A stretch of DNA of 64,000 nucleotides from an uncultured Candidatus Saccharibacteria bacterium. Lineage in GTDB: Bacteria > Patescibacteriota > CAZHWT01. Position 1 is the first letter of the stretch, and the number at the start of each line of letters is the position of its first letter. Below, piece by piece: positions 52,129 to 61,304 of the stretch. Position numbers and translations under genes: made by a program. The notes under the pieces are model-generated. The model made no database searches and had not been told where the DNA came from. It saw nothing but the letters and a program-made list of their open reading frames with translations. The stretch covers positions 15,696 to 79,695 of the forward strand of contig CAZQWH010000001.1 of NCBI GenBank assembly GCA_964597145.1, read 5' to 3'.

Positions 52129-54054
52129 ATGCCACAATTTTTTAGAAAAAGTACCCGACCTGGTCCAAGACCAGAAGTTGGGGCAACCAAACAGGTTCGC
52201 CCAAATCAATCGGCGGCCGACAATAATCCATCGACGAGCAATTCGTCGCCATCCGATAAATCGTCTAGCAGGCACAGTACGCCGCCCGCCCAACGGGCTG
52301 GCAATCGCCGGCCTGGCCAAGCAAATCGACCGCAGCCAATTAATCGAGTACGTTCGCAGCAAGCTCAAAAGCCAGCCGTCCAGCGGTTTAACCCTAAAAA
52401 TGCCCCCGTTCTAAAAGTCCTACCTTTGGGCGGAAATGGTTTTGTCACACAAAATATGTTCGTCTACGAGTATGGCAACGACATTGTACTCGTCGACTGC
52501 GGTATGGGATTCCCTTCCAACGATATGTTAGGTATCGATATTGTATTGCCAGATATCTCCTATTTAAAGGACAAAATGTCTCGGGTAAAAGCCTTAGTAA
52601 TTACCCATGGCCACGAAGACCACATTGGAGCCGTACCCTATCTCGCGCCCAAGCTCAATGTGCCTATTTATGCTCCTCGGTTTGCCCTAGAATTAATCAA
52701 AGGCAAATTAACCGAATTTCGAGTCAAACAGGATTTGCATGAAATAGAGCCAGATAAAGACTACCGATTCGGGGCCTTCACCTTCAAGCCGTTCCGTGTC
52801 AATCACTCTATTCCCGACACCTTTGGCTATGTTATCGAAACACCAATTGGTCGCACCATCCACACTGGGGACTATAAGTACGATTGGACCAGTGTTGACG
52901 GCACTATAATTGAGGTGGATAAACTTGCCCGCGCGGGTGGCGAGGGCGTTTTGTCGCTCATGTCGGACTGTTTGCGGGTCGAAAAACCAGGCTACACTCC
53001 ATCCGAAGCAGTGGTAGAAGATCGCCTAGATGCCGAAATGCGCCATGCTACCGGCCGGGTGTTCCTCACCACCATTTCTTCCAATGTCACCCGCATGCAG
53101 CAAGCCATTAATGTGGCCATGCGCTACAACCGCAAAGTAGCCTTTGCTGGGCGCAGCATTGAGAATGTCATGAGTATTGCGACACGTTTAGGCTATGCCC
53201 AAATCCCGGATGGTGTAGTCGTCCGAGACACCGTCATTTCAGAATTACCAGATAATCAGCAGTTAATTATTCTAACTGGCGCGTATGGACAGGAAGGCTC
53301 AGCCCTAGCCCGGCTTACTTCAGGCAAGCATAAGCTGTTTGCCATCAAAGAAAACGACTTAATTATTTTCTCGGCCGATCCTATTCCAGGCAGTGAAGAT
53401 AGTATTTATGGCATCATCGACGACCTAACCGATTTGGGCGCCAAGATTGCCTATTCTGATATCATGAACAACTTACACGTTTCGGGTCATGCTGCTTCAG
53501 AAGAACTTAAAACCACCATTGCCCTAACTAAGCCGCGCTTTTTAATGCCAATTTCTGGAATGTCTAGGCAGCTTAAAGCCTACAGCCAAATGGCCCAGCA
53601 TATGGGATATCCAGCCGACCACATTAAAATCGTTGAGGCGGGGCAAGAAGTGTTATTTGATAACCAAGGTAATGCCACACTGGGCGAAACCCATCCTTAT
53701 ACTAGCGTGCTGGTCGATGGCCTAGGAGTAGGCGATGTGGGCGACGTGGTAATAGCCGATCGCCAACAATTAGCCGATTCAGGTGTATTTATTGTGGCTG
53801 CCAGCCTAAATAAGAACAAAGAGCTAGTTGGCGATATCGAAGTCCAAACGCGGGGATTCATTTACGCCCGCATTAATGAAAAGTTAATGGATGAAGCTCG
53901 AGCGATTGCCCGTACTGTCTTAACCGACCAGCAGACCAAAAACCAAGAGTGGGCCACTATCCGCTCTAGGGTTCAAGACCAATTAGCTAAGTTCTTTAAA
54001 CGCGAAACAGATCGCTCGCCAATCATTTTGCCAATGTTAATTGAAGTAAAGTAA
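52129..54054 (+). CDS. rnj: Ribonuclease J with a disordered basic N-terminal extension
   Basis: ITHGHEDHIGA, NHSIPD, HTGDYK and HVSGH. Confidence 0.95.
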   Translation: MPQFFRKSTRPGPRPEVGATKQVRPNQSAADNNPSTSNSSPSDKSSSRHSTPPAQRAGNRRPGQANRPQPINRVRSQQAQKPAVQRFNPKNAPVLKVLPLGGNGFVTQNMFVYEYGNDIVLVDCGMGFPSNDMLGIDIVLPDISYLKDKMSRVKALVITHGHEDHIGAVPYLAPKLNVPIYAPRFALELIKGKLTEFRVKQDLHEIEPDKDYRFGAFTFKPFRVNHSIPDTFGYVIETPIGRTIHTGDYKYDWTSVDGTIIEVDKLARAGGEGVLSLMSDCLRVEKPGYTPSEAVVEDRLDAEMRHATGRVFLTTISSNVTRMQQAINVAMRYNRKVAFAGRSIENVMSIATRLGYAQIPDGVVVRDTVISELPDNQQLIILTGAYGQEGSALARLTSGKHKLFAIKENDLIIFSADPIPGSEDSIYGIIDDLTDLGAKIAYSDIMNNLHVSGHAASEELKTTIALTKPRFLMPISGMSRQLKAYSQMAQHMGYPADHIKIVEAGQEVLFDNQGNATLGETHPYTSVLVDGLGVGDVGDVVIADRQQLADSGVFIVAASLNKNKELVGDIEVQTRGFIYARINEKLMDEARAIARTVLTDQQTKNQEWATIRSRVQDQLAKFFKRETDRSPIILPMLIEVK

Positions 54055-54090
54055 CGCCAATTTAATTTGGATTACAGCGCCAAGCGCCAT

Positions 54091-54136
54091 GAAATATGTA
54101 ACTTAAGTAGTCTAAGTAGCTTAAGTTACATATTTC
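54091..54136. repeat. Orphan nonamer array forming a perfect 17-bp inverted repeat
   Basis: GAAATATGTAACTTAAG-tagtctaagtag-CTTAAGTTACATATTTC. Confidence 0.8.
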
Positions 54137-54457
54137 TATCTTCGGCCTTCTACCTCCAAACTCCGATTCTCCGTCATCCTCAACCTGCCTGCACTGAGCT
54201 TGTCGAAGTGATCGAGGATCTAAAAAGCAGTATATCTACACACTCCCATTGCATCCCAGCTTGCCTGAATAGAAAAGTAATAGCTTTGGCCTTTGCCTTT
54301 TGCTCTTTAATCTTTTTCTTGCACATCCGAATACCTGCATTCCAGACTACCGCAACAACGATGTTGTTGCGCGTAGTGTATAATAATTGTGCTAGCAGGC
54401 TAGTTGCTCCTAATATTATTTTCAAGTTTCGAATCTCAAGTTTTGAATTTTTAACGT

Positions 54458-56611
54458 ATGCCCCGACCTAAGAAGTACAAGAAGAAAATTAAGTTTAAAC
54501 TTAAGCGCGATAGTGTCCAATCGTTAGTGGCATTGGTTTGCTTTGCTCTGGCCGGGCTAACCCTCATGGCTTTTGTTGGCCAGGCGGCCGGAGCCGGCAA
54601 CACGCTCCAAACCTGGATTGGCTTAATTGTCGGCTGGGCGTCATTCTTAGTCCCAGTTATTCTTCTTTCGGCTGGCTTAACCTTAACCAAAATTAATTGG
54701 CGAATTGCCAAGGTCAACGTACTGGTTGGTCTAATGATGGTTCTGCTCGGCTTAGCCTCGTTACTCCATCCTGTTTCCAGCCTATTTTCTCCACTCGATG
54801 CCATTGCCCGAGCCGAGGCAGGTATGGGTGGCGGCTATATTGGCTATACCATTTTTGCCGGCCTGTCCCAGTTTGTCACAAGCACTGGCGCGTGGTTTTT
54901 ACTCTTGTTATGGCTGGTCGGTGGTTTTTTGGTGTTGTTTAACACCTCACTCTCAACAGTCTACGATGCCTCTTCAAGTGCAGCCACTGCCAGCCGGGGA
55001 GCTATTTCTTCAGTAAAGCGCAATAATGGCAAGAAAGATAATAGCCAGGCCGAAAATGCCGGTTTTGCGGTTAACGTGGCGGGCAGCGCTCGCCAAACTC
55101 AAATACCACCACCGACGACCGATCCAAGTGAGGCTCTTAATTCAACTCAAGTCTTATCCAACGACGCCGGAGAGCAAGTAATTTGGGATTACCCACCGTA
55201 TACTCTATTAAGTAATAGCTCCAGTAAAGGTGAGCCCGGAGATCTTAAATCAACCGCGGCTATTATTGAGCGGACGCTGGATTCATTTGGTATCCAAGCC
55301 AAAGTAGTCGAAGTAAACGTTGGTCCAACAGTCACTCAATACGCCCTGGAATTAGCCAGTGGAACTAAGATTTCCAAAATTACCACCTTAGCTAACGATT
55401 TAGCTCTCGCCGTTGCCGCCAAAAGTGGGGCTGTTCGAGTCGAGGCCCCAATTCCGGGTAAAAGCCTAGTTGGGATTGAAATTCCTAACCACAAAGCAGC
55501 CGTGGTTGGCTTGCGAGGAGTCTTAGAATCACCAGAGTCCAAAGAGCTCTCCTCCCGTCTCCAGCTACCGCTAGGCCAGGGGGTATCTGGCCATCCAGTT
55601 ATCGCCGATTTAACCAAGATGCCACACGTTTTAGTCGCCGGGTCCACTGGCTCGGGTAAATCGGTGGCCATTAACGCCTTCATTACCTCGCTTTTATTTA
55701 AAAACTCGCCATCCGAGCTAAAGCTCATTTTAGTCGATCCTAAGTTTGTAGAATTAACTGGTTACAACGGTATCCCGCATTTACTGACGCCAGTCATTAC
55801 CGAGAGCGATAAGGTGGTTTCGGCCTTAAAATGGTCAGCCGCCGAGATGGATCGGCGCTACCGGGCATTAGCCACAGCCGGCGCACGAAATATCGAGTCA
55901 TACAATGAGATTTCAGGATTTCAGGCCTTGCCTTATATTGTAATTATCATCGATGAGTTATCCGACCTTATGATGACCGCGCCAGCTGAGGTTGAAGATT
56001 GTATTGTCCGTATTGCTCAAAAAGCCCGGGCAGTTGGCATTCACCTTATCTTGGCCACCCAACGCCCCTCATCAGACATTATTACCGGTTTAATTAAAGC
56101 CAATATTCCGGCTCGTATTGCCTTTAATGTTTCCAGCAACGTCGACTCCCGCGTAATTTTAGACCAACCTGGCGCCGAAAAGCTGTTAGGTAAGGGCGAT
56201 ATGCTCTATATGGGGCCAGATTCCTCCAAACCGCAACGTATTCAAGGCAACTGGGTTAAGGATGAAGAAATCCATAAGCTATTAGAGTTCGTTAAGAGTC
56301 AGGGAGTTACTCCAGAATATGCCGAGGAAGTGGTTACCCAGCCCGTCCAAACTAGCACCAGTGCTGGCGGCGGCAGTGGAGCTGACCGTGACCCCTTGTT
56401 TAACCAGGCTCTAGAAATCATCTCTAACGACGATAAAGCCTCCTCATCATTATTAATGCGACGGCTAAAAGTCGGCTACGCTCGCTCGGCCCGTATTTTA
56501 GATGAACTCTACGAGGCTGGATATGTCGGCCCAGCCGACGGCTCTAAACCCCGCGAAGTCTTGCGCCGAATGTCCGCCGATGGCGTAGACGAATCTAGCG
56601 AAGTTATATAA
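54458..56611 (+). CDS. ftsK: DNA translocase FtsK/SpoIIIE
   Basis: N-terminal TMs, HVLVAGSTGSGKS, IDELSDL, LATQRP, GAEKLLGKGDML and a gamma domain. Confidence 0.96.
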   Translation: MPRPKKYKKKIKFKLKRDSVQSLVALVCFALAGLTLMAFVGQAAGAGNTLQTWIGLIVGWASFLVPVILLSAGLTLTKINWRIAKVNVLVGLMMVLLGLASLLHPVSSLFSPLDAIARAEAGMGGGYIGYTIFAGLSQFVTSTGAWFLLLLWLVGGFLVLFNTSLSTVYDASSSAATASRGAISSVKRNNGKKDNSQAENAGFAVNVAGSARQTQIPPPTTDPSEALNSTQVLSNDAGEQVIWDYPPYTLLSNSSSKGEPGDLKSTAAIIERTLDSFGIQAKVVEVNVGPTVTQYALELASGTKISKITTLANDLALAVAAKSGAVRVEAPIPGKSLVGIEIPNHKAAVVGLRGVLESPESKELSSRLQLPLGQGVSGHPVIADLTKMPHVLVAGSTGSGKSVAINAFITSLLFKNSPSELKLILVDPKFVELTGYNGIPHLLTPVITESDKVVSALKWSAAEMDRRYRALATAGARNIESYNEISGFQALPYIVIIIDELSDLMMTAPAEVEDCIVRIAQKARAVGIHLILATQRPSSDIITGLIKANIPARIAFNVSSNVDSRVILDQPGAEKLLGKGDMLYMGPDSSKPQRIQGNWVKDEEIHKLLEFVKSQGVTPEYAEEVVTQPVQTSTSAGGGSGADRDPLFNQALEIISNDDKASSSLLMRRLKVGYARSARILDELYEAGYVGPADGSKPREVLRRMSADGVDESSEVI

Positions 56612-56641
56612 CCCTTATACACTCCTTATTACAGTAAAATA

Positions 56642-56682
56642 ACAGAGATAATTTAGATTAATTATATAATATATTATATAAT
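56642..56682. repeat. AT-only palindrome family, copy 3
   Basis: ACAGAGATAATTTAGATTA followed by ATTATATAATATATTATATAAT (perfect 22 bp, 56661-56682). Confidence 0.85.
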
Positions 56683-56852
56683 ACTTTAGTAGACAGGAAG
56701 CCTTACGCCTAAAATCAAATCTCCCCAAATCCCTCAACACCCATAACTCAGATCTCCAAACCAACTCCACCTTCCCGTCATCGCGAGGCGGAGCCGTGGC
56801 GATCTTCCGTAATCTACCCAGATGACTCAGTTGTTAACACTCTTTCGCAATG

Positions 56853-57927
56853 GGCATAATATCCAAAAAGTGTGCTATTATACGCCTTTTATCCCTGTTA
56901 GTTGCCCAACATTCTTGAAACAGTTTAGCAATGTACTAAATTAGACTCCTCAAAACGTCCTCAAGTATGTCCTTGCTGTGGTCATCATCAGGTTCGGCGC
57001 AATGGTCGAAGTGCTGCTGGCAAACAGCGCTGGCGCTGCATAGCGTGTGACCACTCTTTTAGCCGCACTAATCCTGCTCAGCGACAGCGTCTCCAAGCGA
57101 CATGGTTTAAAAAGTGGGTTAAAGGTGGCTACACCATTACTCAATTAATGGAGATTTCCGGCCACAGCTGCAGCCACCTCCGTCGGATTATACTGGCCAA
57201 TCTTGAGCATACTCCGCCTCTACCAGAAGATCTTTCAGGTCACGCTCATCTTATCTTTGATGGCAAATTCCTCTTTGGTCGAAGCAACAGTCTCATTGTG
57301 CTCTTGGATGCCACCACCCACACTCCTCTAGCGGGTAAAGTCGTCCCCTCGGAAAGTGGTAAGTATATTCAGCCCTGGCTGGAAGGACTGCGGCAAGCAG
57401 GGCTCAACCCGACCTCCGTCACCCTGGATGGCAAACCCGGGGTTGAGCGGGCATTTCAAAACGTGTGGCCGACCATTCAGACACAGCGCTGTATTTTCCA
57501 CCTTGTCCTGCAAACCGTTGCCTGGCTCCGAGCGAAGCCTCGGTATGCGTCAGCCAAGGCTTTGAAGAGCCTTGTCCTCACCCTACCGGCCGTCACCACC
57601 TACACTCAGGCGCTCTTTTTTCAACAGCAGTATGAGCAGCTACTGACTAGGCATCAAGAGGAGTTATCTCAGTTAGACCCTACTCACCCAATCCAATCTG
57701 ATGTGCTAAAGGCCTACACCCTGATTGGCAATGCTCTGCCGCAAACATTTACCTATCTCACCGACTCGGCCATTGCGCCAACAACTAGCGCCCTAGAGGG
57801 TTATTTTAAGCAGGTGCAGAAGATTAAAGGGTTTATCCATAACGGATTGACACGACCGCATCTATTTCAATTCTTGTGTTGGCGTATTTATTTTGATCTA
57901 TAGAGCACACTTTTTGAGTATTGTGCC
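56853..57927 (+). mobile_element. IS256-family insertion sequence (1075 bp) inserted in a palindromic repeat
   Basis: 24-bp TIRs GGCATAATATCCAAAAAGTGTGCT and (reverse complement) GGCACAATACTCAAAAAGTGTGCT, 21/24 identical. Direct repeat CGCAATG at 56846-56852 and 57928-57934. Confidence 0.88.
56929..57903 (+). CDS. DDE transposase (IS256/Mutator-like) with an N-terminal Zn ribbon; start codon unclear
   Basis: LIFDG, VTLDG, QRCIFH and TTSALEG. The frame is open from 56929 and encodes CPCC..RNG..GKQRWRC..C, but the first in-frame ATG is at 57148. Confidence 0.8.
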   Translation, partial: QCTKLDSSKRPQVCPCCGHHQVRRNGRSAAGKQRWRCIACDHSFSRTNPAQRQRLQATWFKKWVKGGYTITQLMEISGHSCSHLRRIILANLEHTPPLPEDLSGHAHLIFDGKFLFGRSNSLIVLLDATTHTPLAGKVVPSESGKYIQPWLEGLRQAGLNPTSVTLDGKPGVERAFQNVWPTIQTQRCIFHLVLQTVAWLRAKPRYASAKALKSLVLTLPAVTTYTQALFFQQQYEQLLTRHQEELSQLDPTHPIQSDVLKAYTLIGNALPQTFTYLTDSAIAPTTSALEGYFKQVQKIKGFIHNGLTRPHLFQFLCWRIYFDL

Positions 57928-58066
57928 CGCAATGACGCATAAGCCCCTTCCGTCTACTAACTACTCCCGACCAACTACTGCAACGACGCCGTCGCTGCAA
58001 TGCTTGCTAGTTCAGCTTTAGCCCATTACTTGCTATTATGATGCAGAAGCATATCAAGCTGCCTCT

Positions 58067-59083
58067 ATGACTCCTCGACGCCGAATCCATCCCGAATCAT
58101 CCCCTCAGCGGACCTTAAATACGAAGCGCACTGGTGATATTTTGCGCCAAGCCCGCCAAGCTCGTGGTGAAAGCCTCGCCCAAGTCAGCCAAGCCATTAA
58201 GGTTCGGGTCTCCATGTTGCAGGCAATCGAGGCTGGCCACTTCTTTGGCTTAACCGACCCGTTATACCTTAAAGGTTTTATCCGAGCTTATGCCGACCAT
58301 CTCGGATTGGCAGAGTCAGAAGTCATGCCCTTCTTTCGCCGAGAATACGATGAGCAACAACACCAACAGCAACTAGCCAAGCCTCTAGCCCCTATTGAAC
58401 CCAAAAAACCCAAAATTACTCCCGGTCGCGTTATAGTGACCATATTAACCATTGCGATTGTGGCGGTGGTAGGGTATAGCTACAATCAATATGTGTCGGT
58501 CGCTCTCACCCCTAAGCTCGAGTTAGTTTCTCCAGTAGATGCCAGCACTGCCGCATCTGGCCAAGTGCTTGTCAAAGGCACCACCGACGCCGACGCCCAA
58601 CTCAGTTTAAATGGACAACCAGTTACCTTAACTCCAGCTGGCGATTTCGAGCTAACCGTAGCCTTAGCCTTAGGCACAAATACCCTCCAACTAAAATCCG
58701 TCAATAAGCTGGGTAAATCCACGGTAGTTGAGCGGACTGTGATTGGTCCACCACGCTTAGCTCAAGCACTTTTGCCTACACCCACCCCAACAGTTTTAGC
58801 CGAATCCACTTCAGAGAGCCAAGCCACTAGTTCGGCCACTCTGTCCGAAGTGGTGGTCGAGGTTAACATTGGGCCTTCGTCGGCCTGGATTGAAGTCCAA
58901 ACCGACGGCCAGCCAGCATTCTCAGGATTAATGTTGCCAGGCTCCACCCAATCATATGCAGGCACCCGCGATATTCACCTCAAAACTGGCAATGCCGGCT
59001 CAACCAGGGTCTCGCTCCACGGCGTAGACCAAGGTCTGCTGGGTAAAGATGGAGAAGTGGTCGAAAAAACTTACCGAAAGTAA
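58067..59083 (+). CDS. rodZ: RodZ-like cell-shape protein (HTH, TM, Ig-like, C-terminal beta domain)
   Basis: GDILRQAR..LQAIE..YLKGFIRAYADHLGL, a TM, AWIEVQTDG and GNAG; located after ftsK. Confidence 0.85.
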   Translation: MTPRRRIHPESSPQRTLNTKRTGDILRQARQARGESLAQVSQAIKVRVSMLQAIEAGHFFGLTDPLYLKGFIRAYADHLGLAESEVMPFFRREYDEQQHQQQLAKPLAPIEPKKPKITPGRVIVTILTIAIVAVVGYSYNQYVSVALTPKLELVSPVDASTAASGQVLVKGTTDADAQLSLNGQPVTLTPAGDFELTVALALGTNTLQLKSVNKLGKSTVVERTVIGPPRLAQALLPTPTPTVLAESTSESQATSSATLSEVVVEVNIGPSSAWIEVQTDGQPAFSGLMLPGSTQSYAGTRDIHLKTGNAGSTRVSLHGVDQGLLGKDGEVVEKTYRK

Positions 59084-59089
59084 GTTTTT

Positions 59090-59296
59090 GGTAGTTAGTA
59101 GTTGGTATATAGTATTTAGCAAAAGCAACTATCAGCAAATATACGGCTGATGGACAGCAATTAAATCTTCCTAGATACTAGATACAAAATACTAGATACC
59201 GAAAACCGGAGACTTCTTCGGTAGCAAGTAGTAAGATTTTGCAAAAAGGCATAGTTTGCCGTTAAACTTAACTATCTGCTAGCTACTAACTACTAA
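59090..59296. repeat. Degenerate heptamer arrays upstream of glmS
   Basis: gtagttagtagttggtat, tagatactagatacaaaatactagatac and ctagctactaactacta. Confidence 0.6.
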
Positions 59297-59314
59297 AAAT
59301 CGGAGATTTTTATT

Positions 59315-61087
59315 GTGTGTGGAATATTTGGATTTATCGGTAAACAACCGAACGCAGCCGAAATAGTATTAGCCGGATTAAAAGAGCTAGAATATCGTGG
59401 CTACGATTCTTGGGGTGTTGTGATTAAAACGGATGCTGGCCTGGCCGTAGAAAAAGAAGTGGGCAAGATTGGCAGCCGTACATCGTCTTTACCTGCCGCA
59501 ACTATTGGTTTGGGGCACACCCGTTGGGCAACCCATGGGGCAGTTACTCAAGCGAATGCTCACCCTCACTTAAGCTGCGCCAACCGAGTTGCCGTCATTC
59601 ATAATGGCATTGTCGAAAATTACGAAACACTCAAGTCCACCTTAGCTGGCCACCATCGTTTTGTTTCCGAAACCGATACCGAAGTGGTGAGCCACGCCAT
59701 TGAGCAAGCCCTTGATAACGTACCATTTACCCAAGCCGTGCGGCAGGTATTTGCAACCTTGGCAGGCATGAATGTTATTATTGCTCTCGATTCCCAGTCC
59801 AACCAGATGGTAGCCGGCAAGAAGGGCTCACCGTTGGTTTTAGGCATAAACGATGAGTCTATATACATAGCCTCAGATGCTTCGGCTATTTTGCCACATA
59901 CTCGCCAATTAATATTTGTTGAAGACGGTTGGCTAGTTGAGATTAACCAGCTCAATGGTAAGCCACTCTGGAAAATTCGTGAGGCTCAATCCGGAAGAGT
60001 AGTGAAGGTTAAGCCACAAACTATCGACTGGACAATACTCGAAACCGATCGAGGCAACTTTGATCATTTCATGATTAAGGAGATTTTTGAGCAACCCAAA
60101 GTCTTGCGCCATTTAGCGAGCCAAGCCGAAGAAAAAGTTGGATCTTTAGCCAAAATGATAGCCGATTCGTATGGCTCGTTTATGATTGGCTGCGGAACCG
60201 CCTCATATGCAGCTCTTTCTGGTACGTACGTATTTTCCCGCGTTGCCCGGCAACACGTTAACTTTGTAGCGGGCAGTGAGTTCTTTTACCAAGAACAATA
60301 TTTAACCCCCGATAGTTTAGTTATCGCTATCTCCCAAAGCGGTGAAACCATGGATATTGTGGAATCAATCCAGTTAGCCAAAAAACATCGATCCAAAGTT
60401 GTGGCCGTCACCAACTCGCTAGGCTCAACCTTGTACCGCATGGCTGACGGCAGTGTAATGCTCGATGCCGGAGTAGAAAAAGCAGTCTGTTCCACCAAAG
60501 CCTTTACCGCCATGGTTGGAGTTCTACTACTATTAGCCTATCGGATTAATAACGATTTAGTACTAGCCAAAGACCTCCTGCAGCGGGCGGCCTCCAGTAT
60601 TGAGACTATGCTGCAGCCAGAGCGGCTAAAGCAAATTAAACAGGTGGCCGAATATATTAAAGGTTACGAGCACATGTTTATGATTGGACGAGGACTGTCA
60701 TACGCTGCCTCATTAGAAGCCGCCCTCAAGATTAAAGAAGTCAGCTACATTCACGCCGAAGGCTTTGCTGGTGGCGAACTAAAACATGGCGTTATTGCCT
60801 TAATCGAAACCGGCACACCTTGTATGGTATTTGCGCCCAACGATGAAACTGAGGCAGCCATTATCTCTAATGCCATGGAACTCAAATCCCGCGGCGGTTA
60901 CATCATTGGCGTTGGCCCTCAGCAGCACTCGGTATTTGATGTGTGGATTCAAACCGACGATGTGGGCGATGCCTCTATTATTACCAACGTCGTACCCGCC
61001 CAACTCCTTGGCTATTACTTGGCCGTAGCCAAAGGCTATGATCCCGACAAACCTAGGAATTTGGCCAAGAGTGTAACAGTTAAATAA
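59315..61087 (+). CDS. glmS: Glutamine--fructose-6-phosphate transaminase
   Basis: MCGI N-terminus, GHTRWATHG, SQSGET, ELKHG and PRNLAKSVT. Confidence 0.98.
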   Translation: MCGIFGFIGKQPNAAEIVLAGLKELEYRGYDSWGVVIKTDAGLAVEKEVGKIGSRTSSLPAATIGLGHTRWATHGAVTQANAHPHLSCANRVAVIHNGIVENYETLKSTLAGHHRFVSETDTEVVSHAIEQALDNVPFTQAVRQVFATLAGMNVIIALDSQSNQMVAGKKGSPLVLGINDESIYIASDASAILPHTRQLIFVEDGWLVEINQLNGKPLWKIREAQSGRVVKVKPQTIDWTILETDRGNFDHFMIKEIFEQPKVLRHLASQAEEKVGSLAKMIADSYGSFMIGCGTASYAALSGTYVFSRVARQHVNFVAGSEFFYQEQYLTPDSLVIAISQSGETMDIVESIQLAKKHRSKVVAVTNSLGSTLYRMADGSVMLDAGVEKAVCSTKAFTAMVGVLLLLAYRINNDLVLAKDLLQRAASSIETMLQPERLKQIKQVAEYIKGYEHMFMIGRGLSYAASLEAALKIKEVSYIHAEGFAGGELKHGVIALIETGTPCMVFAPNDETEAAIISNAMELKSRGGYIIGVGPQQHSVFDVWIQTDDVGDASIITNVVPAQLLGYYLAVAKGYDPDKPRNLAKSVTVK

Positions 61088-61304
61088 CTGGCATAATCTA
61101 AGCCTCAAAGCCAAAGCTTTGGTTGCAGGCAGGGTGGAGAATGGAGTATAGGACGAAGCTCAAAATCCTCGTCCAAAGAACGACCGTTCTCTGGAAGAAA
61201 AAGGTCAAAACTTTTCTTTTCTCTTCTCTTCGCCAAATCACAAAATACTATCTCCTACCTCCAATCTCCTCTCCCTTCAGCCAGCCATTTGCTACAATAA
61301 AAAT

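Noticed and set aside
59084-59314. glmS ribozyme upstream of glmS
   Set aside because: The conserved core (AGCGCC...GACGAGG) was not found; the region is heptamer repeats.
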